DNA of 60,437 nucleotides, counting the filler, from Sphacelaria rigidula (Eukaryota), in assembly GCA_964200075.2 (NCBI GenBank). It is 5 parts of 5 records of this genome, joined end to end, with 100 filler letters (N's around TTAATTAATTAA, not from the genome) between each part and the next. Parts side by side here need not be neighbours in the genome. Positions count along the whole stretch, not along the records: positions 48,432 to 60,437 come from CAXNAA020004239.1; 4 more parts are not named here. The stretch is one strand, 5' to 3'. Numbering within the stretch: the first letter of the stretch is position 1; each line of letters starts with the position of its first letter. The position numbers and the translations under genes were made by a program. Shown piece after piece: positions 52,001 through 60,437 of this stretch. The notes beneath the pieces were generated by a model, which was not told where the DNA came from, ran no database searches, and saw only the letters and a program-made list of their open reading frames with translations.

Positions 52001-55000
52001 CTCATGGTGTCGCCAATGTGAAAAGGTGGTTCCTCGACAGCCGCTTGTGAGATTTTCCCCCTTCTATCTGGTGGTACCCACATCAATGTGCGTTTTTTTG
52101 TTTACGGTGTGTTTTCTTTGTGTTCATGAGGACACGAATACGCGAGAGGATATTTTGAGAAGGGTTGCCATTTCGGGGGGCAACCCCACGTTCGATGAAA
52201 ATGGATACACAATGGAAACCTCACATTTCTAATCATCGTATTTTCAATCTCTCCACGAACACCTTGTCTACTCCCCCTTCCAATTCCTTCGGCACCGCAT
52301 CAAAAGTCGGCTATCACCCCCACCTCGGCATGCGTACGACCGCAAATCCTGAAAAGGTGCATGTAAGTGTCGACGGCACGCCCCGGATGTTCCTGGTTTC
52401 CGTAACTTTGGTGCCCTGAACACCGTCCACGGAGAGGTTTCCATCGCGACGATCAGGCAGCTGCTTCTTGTGTAGCCGATCTTGTCGCCATGGCATCAAG
52501 GTCAACGGCAAGCAACCTGTGGGTGCTCCACGCTACATCCGAGACATTAGACTCGGTAACCAGAGCACGAACACGGCCCTTTTGGCAGCTAGTCTTCCGA
52601 GGGAGGATAGCACGGCGTTCTAAGTCATCATTATCGAAAAATATTCCTGACAGGCGGGTGATGCAATATCGGGAAGGGTTTTCAAAGATTTTCCAAGCCG
52701 TATTTTCATCTCATCTGAAGAACGAAATAGCAATCAGCGAACCTACACAGTGGCACAAGATGAAGACGACCCCCAACACACAGAGACCGAGCAAGACTGC
52801 TGTGTGGTTCACGCCAGTGCAAGTAGTTGCGCATTGTATTGTTGTTCATCTGGGATTGCATCAACCGATATACACGTTTTTGTACGTGGATGCTCTTAAT
52901 TTTTTGTTTTTGTTCTCTGGGGGGGGACAACGTGCTGAATATTCTACCTTGTACGATGTTCGTTTGGTTGTGAAGTTATATCCGTAGCGGCCAATTCGTG
53001 AACAATGGATATCTCAAAGTTGTCCCGTGAAACTATGATGAGAGGCCTTTTTTTTTGTCGGTTTCCGCTTCTTGTCGTCCACTGACCGCGGCCCTGTTAC
53101 GTCTGTTCGCATATTCTGTTTCGCTACAATCGTGGTCATTTTCGCGTGTTTTTCTTGCTTCAGTAATGGGTCCCGAATCGTCCGATGAGGAGGAAGTGCA
53201 GGATGAAGACGAGGAGGGGCTTCTGTCTCCGGAACAAATACGCGTCCGTGAGGAAGCAAGGAAGAAACTCGAGCAAGAGGACGAAACAGCCAAAAAGGCC
53301 ATCGCCGACCAGCTGCAAGACTTCGAGGTGAGTTCTTCGCAATATGTTGGGGGGTGACAATGTACGCGCTCAATTGGAGCATGTGTGTAGAAGCGGGGAG
53401 GGCGGATCGGCCGGGTCGGACGGGGAGTGATCGTCGTTCGAACATCGGTACACCTCACCCTAGGTCATCGGTAAAGCAGCAGTTGATTTTCTCCCAGTGT
53501 GGACGTCAAGATGCGGACCTTCGTGACGGATAGTCTCAAGTGCTCGTCGCGGTGCGCGACCCGCGTTTGCCTCGCTTCGCCTCTATTTCTGTGTAGGATT
53601 GATTAGTGTCACAACAGAAGACCATGGGGCTTATTCCAATGAGGCTGGAAAAAAGTGGAGAACGACTACTCGCTTGCCATGATTTAGGATTGCTCGTCAA
53701 CGCTCGCTGGAAGTGGAGGATGACGAAGGTTTTTCAGCGTGTTCCTCACTTCTTCTGCCGGCCGTCCTCACTGCCGCGGGCAACCCCTTTCCCCTTTTAT
53801 CATCCCGAAGTCTAGAAGTGGCATTCGCTCATAAAACCACCCCCAAACCAACGACCGTCGTACAGGCTTCAATGCTCGCGAAAACAACAGTTTCAGGCCT
53901 CGAAGGGGGTGAATGAGGTTTACGTTTCGCCAGAGCTATTCCTTGATTGGGACGGACATGAGATGTTTCGAGCAAGCCATTGCACGAAGGAGTCGCTGTG
54001 ACGCATCGCTGAGTGTGGTGTATTTTTGATGCTCGATAGTATCTCATCATAATGTCGATATACATCGACCTCAGTCCCGAAAATGGGGAGTGTTCATGCT
54101 GGGAGAATTCACGCTAAGACGTGCGCGGCGGTTGGACATTACATTCATAAACGTCATCGTTTTTCGGTCTTGCATCACGTCACATGCACACACACACACA
54201 CCCTGCCGCGGCCTTATCTCATTTTTTTTGTTTGGTCGAAACGGGAATTTGGGCTCAGAATGACATGTGAACGTCACCGAAAGCCAGTAAAGAATACAAG
54301 GATCGGACGAATAATGATTCGTCTGGAAATTACTTGGTTTTAGTATAACTGATTCGACTCGTACGAATCAACCCTTAGGCTTTGTTTTCAGCGTTGCAAA
54401 CCGGGTACACGCAGCTCAGACACGTGGAATGGCGCAAAAGTTGCGTGGGTACCCCTTGGACCAGCGGTCAACTTTTTTCTCCCTTTCGGGCAATCAGACC
54501 GGAGAAATCGTGAATTTGGTGATTCTTCGTCGTGATGATTCGTCCTAACCGTGGAAGAATATGAAGAGTTCTTGGATGATGATCGCCAAGGTTGTCGTGG
54601 CATTCACACTTACATATATATATATATATATATTTATATTTAGACGGTTGTGATTTTTTATCGCGGCATCTCTAGTGCGATTCCGTCCTTCATGTAACCC
54701 ACCCCGCCCCCGCCCTGATGTGCTCTGCTGTCCCGCTTCAGTGTAGTAGATAGTATTCTCTCACCTGCGATTTATACTGGTACCCTCTTCTTGTGACCAA
54801 GAGACGTGGGGTACCATATATCACGCAGATACGTTTTGAAGTACGATCTCTCGTCAGGAATGGCCAGAAGACGTATCTTGCTGCGACCCCGTTTTGTGTC
54901 TCTTGTTCATGTCTTCTTTGTATTAATACCGGGGGGATCTGAGTCTTTCGTGGTCCAGGAAGAAGAGTCATTATATTTCCGAAGTACATATGTCGTATTT

Positions 55001-58000
55001 GAGGATAATTCTCTCGCATGTGATACCCGATGGTAAGAACTGATATTTGATGACGTGTCTGTGTGAGTTTGTCCTGCTATCTCTTCTTCTCTATTTTTGC
55101 TCAGCCCGGACAGCTCATGAGCTACCTATGTTGAATAGTCGAAGAGGATTATCCGACACCTACTATCCAGAAACACAAAATGTGTGACAGCAGAGTGTGG
55201 GGAGCCAAAGAGCTACCTTTTGCGCTACGTACTCCGCGTGCCCGGCGTCCAGCTCCGCGGGGAGCAGATATGGAAAAAAAGGGGCCGAATGAGCTAGTTC
55301 ACGCTCCGGATCAGTACACTAATGATCTGTAAATATTGGGGTAGCTCGTGGACTGCTCGACGTGTGTAAGCTTTGTCGTTGTCGGCTCTCGTGATTACTT
55401 GAGCGAGTGAGTGTTTCCTCTTTTTTTTGCCTTGGGTACGTCCATCTTACGGTGGTGTCTAGGGTCGTGGTGCACCAGGTAGTGTGCGGCAAATCAACTA
55501 ATCAATCAATCAATCAAATCTTGATTCAACTGCAGGTGAAATCAGGAGACTACACTATCTACGTGCATATCATCGAGGTAAGGAATCTAGAACCCAAAGA
55601 CGTACAAGGCACCTCCGATCCCGTGGTGTACATGGAGGCGTTTGGGCAGAAGTTTTGCACCGAGGTGAAGCAGGCGTGTCTCAGCGCCGTATTCGACGAG
55701 GCCTTCGTCATCAACCTCAGAAACCTCGACAAGGACGTCTTTACTGCGGGCGTCATTCGGTGAGTTTCATGTTTGATGTCTTCTTTTCCCCCCTTCTTTC
55801 CCCCTCACTTTTGTTTACTTACTTCGCTTCCTCCTCATAACTTCGTCTTATCGAAGATTTTTCCGTCGAACCACCCACGCTTGTTTTATAGGTGCTAGTC
55901 AAGTGTACTGTATGTACTGTAGACCGATATATCGATGCTTCCCATCTCGTGAGTCCATCGTGAGCATTTTTGGTTTATTCGCTCCTTTTGCTTGCAGTTG
56001 TTGAACGTCACGCTATGTGAGGCATTCACTTTCCTAGCTGTGGGCTGGTTGGAATCCATTTTGGCTGCGGTAGGACGTAGCTTGCCGCCATTACTTTGCG
56101 TGTCGCCGAAAGAAAAAGCGTTTCTTTTTCTTTTTTGTATTATCCTGCCAGCTTTTTGCGATGTAAAATATATTCTCGTCTGTAAGCTGTTCAACACCTC
56201 TATGCACTACGCGGACAGAAACATGTCTCTCTTGCCTCCTTTGGTGAATGAACGTTACTTTTGAAAATTCGGACAAATGACGATTCGCCTGAAAATGACT
56301 TCCTGCTTTCAGAGTTATTGAGTCATACCGTACGAATCACTTAATTCTTTGGCTTTGGTTTCAGCGTTGCACCCCACGTACCCCGGGTACGCGCTCCCCG
56401 GGCACGTGTAAGAGCGCAAACGTTGCGTGGAGATGTTCTTGACCCGCGGTCGACTTTTTCTCTCTCTTTCGAGATAGCAGGCCTCAGATATCGTATATTT
56501 GGTTATTCAAACTAGCGACACTTCGTCCGACCGTTGGTACTCTGAGTCGCAGCAATGGTTGTGCGGAGGCGAAGGTTAAAGCTGTGCGAATACCACTACT
56601 TACGTCGTTGGGTGTATTTGTTTTGCACATCAGCCCTTCTGCGCCATGTTCAAACCGGCGGTCGAAGAGACTCGGAGAGCAGAGTGAAAACAGCTGAAAC
56701 GCATCGAACACATCACGCCTTTTGATCGGAGTTGTGTTCTCCAGCTGCCAACTGTAGAGTCTACTCTGAAAATGAAAGATGACGGATAAAATTCGTTTCA
56801 CTTGACTCCCACAACAGTTGTACAAATGGCTTGTACGTAAGCCGGCAGCCTTTCTGCACCTGTAGTCATGTTCCGCTGCACATCACACACATGACACATC
56901 ACATCAATACGTGCCGGTGAGAATGAAAGAAATGTACACTTCAAACTTGAAGGTACATTTAGACAAGCACGATTATCTCTCTCGCTATGCATATATATAC
57001 CTAAATTTGTATATTCTCTGCTCGTTTTGTTCTCCATGCATTCTGTATGATAATAGGCCCGTGTTGGATGGGGACCATTGATGCCACCGGCACTTTACGT
57101 TACCGTCTCACCATCCAAGTTCGGTTTCATTACAGTACTCGTCTGAAACGTTCATTCATCGTTGTTTTTGTGTATCTTTTCCCGCTGGGGGCTTCCTTCG
57201 CTGCACGCGTTGCACTGGCGGGATTTGGTGCGGGGGATGTCGGCCTTCTGCGTGTGTGTGTGTGTGTGTGTATGTTTTCAGCGTGTGTGTTATGGACGCC
57301 GACGGACCAGCGATGATGAAGAACGACCTCATCGGATCCTACACCTTCGATGCAGAAAGTGTGTACTTTCAGAAGGTGAAGAGAAACGAAGGCAAGCATG
57401 ACGAAAGGACGGACCGAGAGGGAAGACTTGAAAAACAAAATGGAGAACGTTTTGAAAACGAGTTGCGGTGCGCTTAGGCATCGAAAACTTGAAACTTCTG
57501 GGTATTGTAAATGTCCGATAACGGTAACTGACTGCAACGGAAGTGCACAGAAAACCGGGTTGGAGACAGTGGATTTTTTCATGTCCACAGGGGAGACAGA
57601 AGGAAGTTACCGCGACACAGTTCTTACCTGTTACCCGTCATGTGAATACGTCGGAAACCCACGTATCATGTTAACGTTGCTGAGGTTCAAGTGTCTTCAG
57701 TTGTTCTCCTACCTGTATTTGGTCTGCCAAGAGATTAGTTGCTGCAACGTATGCAGTGTGTCATTTTTTAACATGGAAAATGAATTGAAAAACCACCTGT
57801 TACGCAACGTGGGCATCGTAGCAGAAGCCATGCCGCGATATCGTGGCAACAGGAAAACACTCTCCCCGCGAGACCGCCATCTGGATCTCGGCCCCCTTCA
57901 AGCGTTTAGTGCTCGCGCGTCCTACCTCATGTCCTGTAAACAGAATGAGTAAAAGTGGCGTTGTTGCCGTGCCGATTGCGCGGATTGCCGCCACGTTCAG

Positions 58001-59671
58001 TACAGCCTCTTTTCCCTGACGTAGCTGGCGTCATCTCTCTCTCTCTCTCCTCTGAAGTCCGTCTGCAGCAAATGAATTTTTTGCGGTGTTGGGGTGATTA
58101 ATTCGATACTGCTTGAGTATGGTGTGCATATGGATGAATAGATAGATAGATACTATGGTACTACGAAGTTCCTGTATGTGCCGTTTTCCAGGGGAATCGT
58201 GTTCGCCCGAAAGTTTTGGTGCTTTGTAGTATAATGACGTGCGTGGTTCCCCACGTGCGCGGTACCTTGATGGGAGTACTCCTGTGTATTTAATTCAGTG
58301 ATTGACACTATCGAGTCTGACAGCCTCAAGACACGGCAACAGGATCATCGAGTATCGTGTAGCCTTCAAGGGGCTGACTGTCTGTCCCATAACCATCTAC
58401 CATTGTGGCTATTTAGCCTAGCCAGCTCTAGCTATCATGCGCTAGTACATATCTGGCACTTGCTTACCACACGTGCCCAAGTCAGCGTCTTCTCTTTTGT
58501 CGACATTGCTGTTTCGAGGGGCATACGGCATCTTCTTGCCTGATGTGAAGACGGTGAATAGGAGGTAAGTTTTTGTGGCATATCTTCCTCGGAAACACAA
58601 ACCGTGGGAGTCCTTCCTACCGTAGCAAACAAGAGGGCATGGCTGCTGTCATTCGTCAGCAATTTGTCGACCTTTCAAAGAACCGTCGTGTGTGTGGCCT
58701 TCGGATGGCGGAACCACGGCGAAGACTCCATCGACCAACCACCTACAGATGCCTCGTGTGACGGTGACGGTGGATACTGCGGACAAATATTTGAACAAAC
58801 ACTCTACATTTGTGTTTGGCGTTTATCTTCGTGCTATGCTTTCGGATACAAACCACGCCCCATAGGACTGACGATGTTTTTGATTTGTTTTGCTTTCAAA
58901 CCTTTTGGTACTGGCAATGGAAAAGTGTGGATGGCGAGGTGCTGTTTTTTGAACGAGGTATGATCGAGTATTTATATGCTATTTACAGCTCTCACGCAAA
59001 ACTATGAGCCGGAGGGGTGTTTCTCAGACCCGTATAAAAATGTGCCCCAGTGCCGCACGGGACTCAGTATGTAGAAATAGACAGATCGTGCCGATTTGTC
59101 TGTATATAGAGTTTAGGCACGCAAGTGCTAATCTTGACTGTGTGCACAAAGTTGAACAAACTCGACCCGTCGCGTCCCTCACTGAACAAAAACGAATCCG
59201 ACCGCACTAGGGTGACATTTTTGGTGCGCGCATGACGTATACTAGCAGTTGTTCTTCTGTGGCCTTCTGCTGTCAAGATGGCTGCCGTCAGTCTGTGTCT
59301 CTTCGTGTGTGTCTCTCTCTTCCCATCTCATCTCCTGTGTCAGGGCTTGAAATAATGAGGCGTCCGGCCCGGGGACGGAAGGGGAGGGTTCCCACAGGGT
59401 AAAAAATTCCCGTAGCTCGAGGAGGTCCGTGTAGGCACAACAGTATACAGTACACAATGTTCCTAGGCCATGCATGATACTACTGTACATTGAAAAAGTG
59501 TGTCCGTGTATGTGCCTTCGCTTGTTCTCCCCATGATGCAAAACCCACCAGGATCACGAGATCCACCGGCAATGGGTGGCGTTGATCGATGACGTCAACC
59601 CATTAGACCAGAACGCGCAGGGATATCTGCAGCTCTCTGTCGCAATCGTCGGACCAGGCGACAAGCTGAAG
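48698..59671 (+). CDS. Partial ferlin-family multi-C2-domain gene; exons 48698-48849, 53164-53327, 55536-55759, 57282-57375, 59552-59671
   Basis: All junctions GT-AG and phase-compatible; joined protein WYDL..GEIELTVQW / acidic linker / GDYTIYVHIIEVRNL..GTSDPVV..FDEAF / VMDAD..NDLIGSYTFD..VYFQK / DHEIHRQWVALID..GYLQLSVAIVGPGD, the last part characteristic of a ferlin C2 domain. Confidence 0.88.
48961..49094. repeat. (GATT)n microsatellite
   Basis: Seen directly. Confidence 0.95.
49150..50185 (-). mobile_element. 5'-truncated RTE LINE in a ferlin intron
   Basis: KVRLLKAEVVEALLYGCATW..IRKRRLCFAGALVR..RLPKRVM, homologous to 47575-47900; followed by 3' UTR and T-rich tail. Confidence 0.88.
51945..51974 (-). 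other. tRNA 3'-half-like sequence ending in CCA (SINE head or primer-binding-site-like)
   Basis: Minus strand CCAGGGTTCGATTCCCGGCTCCCACCA; no intact D-arm or anticodon arm seen. Confidence 0.5.
54295..54555 (-). mobile_element. MITE copy (17200 family)
   Basis: gtacgaatcaacccttaggctttgttttcagcgttgc is the near reverse complement of 17351-17389. Confidence 0.75.
55107..55366. mobile_element. MITE copy (1469 family)
   Basis: cggacagctcatgagctacct .. ggtagctcgtg. Confidence 0.55.
56265..56535 (-). mobile_element. MITE copy (17200 family)
   Basis: ccgtacgaatca..tttcagcgttgca..gcgcaaacgttgcgtggaga..gcggtcgacttt. Confidence 0.7.
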
Positions 59672-60437
59672 GTGGGCGCGAAATACGAACTAAAAAGCAG
59701 ACGCTGGGAGGCCGGTTCCATTCATATCCTGCTTGTGTCTTTTCCTCCATGATGTCCTTCTGAACGCATTTGCACAGCTTCACTTCATTATAATTTCCGT
59801 CTGTATATATGCGAATGATGATTGAAAATGGCAGTATTGGTATGCGCCTGGTCTAATGCGCATATTTATTTTGAGATACAGCCAATACATACGTGCACAT
59901 TTGGCATTATTTTCTTACTAATTGTAAGTAAACGAAAAAGATGGCCGTACAACGCATAATAGCTGGTGTCGGACTGCGTGAAGCGCCTCATGTGGGCGAG
60001 ATTGGCGAAAACGGCCCTTAGCGTGGAAGTTCCCAGCTGCTCGGTGTACTCGGCTTTCATAATCATACGTAAATTTTGCGTTCTCAATGCCGTGCCCCAG
60101 TGGTGTAATGGTCCGCCTGTTACCATTAGGGTGGAGAAAATAATGGTTCAAATCCCAATGCGGTGAGTATTTTTCTTCGAAGTATCTGACTTCCATCGTC
60201 GGAAGCGTTAGTACGTGAGTAAGCAAGAAGTAATTGACTGAGTTTGTTTCACGAGAATCGACGTGGTGCGGGACTGTAGGTCATGATCCACTCCGCGAGA
60301 CCAGAATGCAAGGCGTGTACCGGGGAGAGATGGTTCGATCCCTTGAGACCACGAACGAGTCCCGAGGGGACAAGGTCAACTTGCGACAAATAAATAAAAT
60401 GAAGTAAATCAAATGCTTTTCGAGTGGAATTGGGGGG

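Overview
Eukaryotic, intron-rich and repeat-dense DNA, most consistent with a brown alga (Phaeophyceae). This assignment is inferred from the RTE/LINE style, long GT-AG introns with C-rich acceptor tracts and a stramenopile-type ferlin. The window is not contiguous: five unrelated ~12-kb contigs (1-12009, 12110-24117, 24218-36225, 36326-48331, 48432-60437) are joined by 100-bp N44-TTAATTAATTAA-N44 spacers in descending size order. Host genes: a complete two-exon gene for a LEA-like helical protein with a C-terminal hydrophobic segment, the last two exons of a Sel1-repeat gene, one TPR (TTC38-like) exon, and five phase-compatible exons of a ferlin-type C2-domain gene. Mobile DNA dominates: a five-exon hAT transposase pseudogene, a near-full-length decayed RTE LINE and fragments, a tRNA-derived SINE, piggyBac-, hAT- and CACTA-like non-autonomous elements (three nested in one another), and several MITE families. 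The most unusual pattern is a set of non-LTR retroelement families that share a short 3' terminus (..ATGAGTACAC), abut C-rich tracts, and insert into each other's C-tails, suggesting poly(C)-targeted retrotransposition. A short repeat ending in telomere-like TTAGGG/TCAGGG units is also notable. All homology calls come from motif recognition by eye; no database searches were run.
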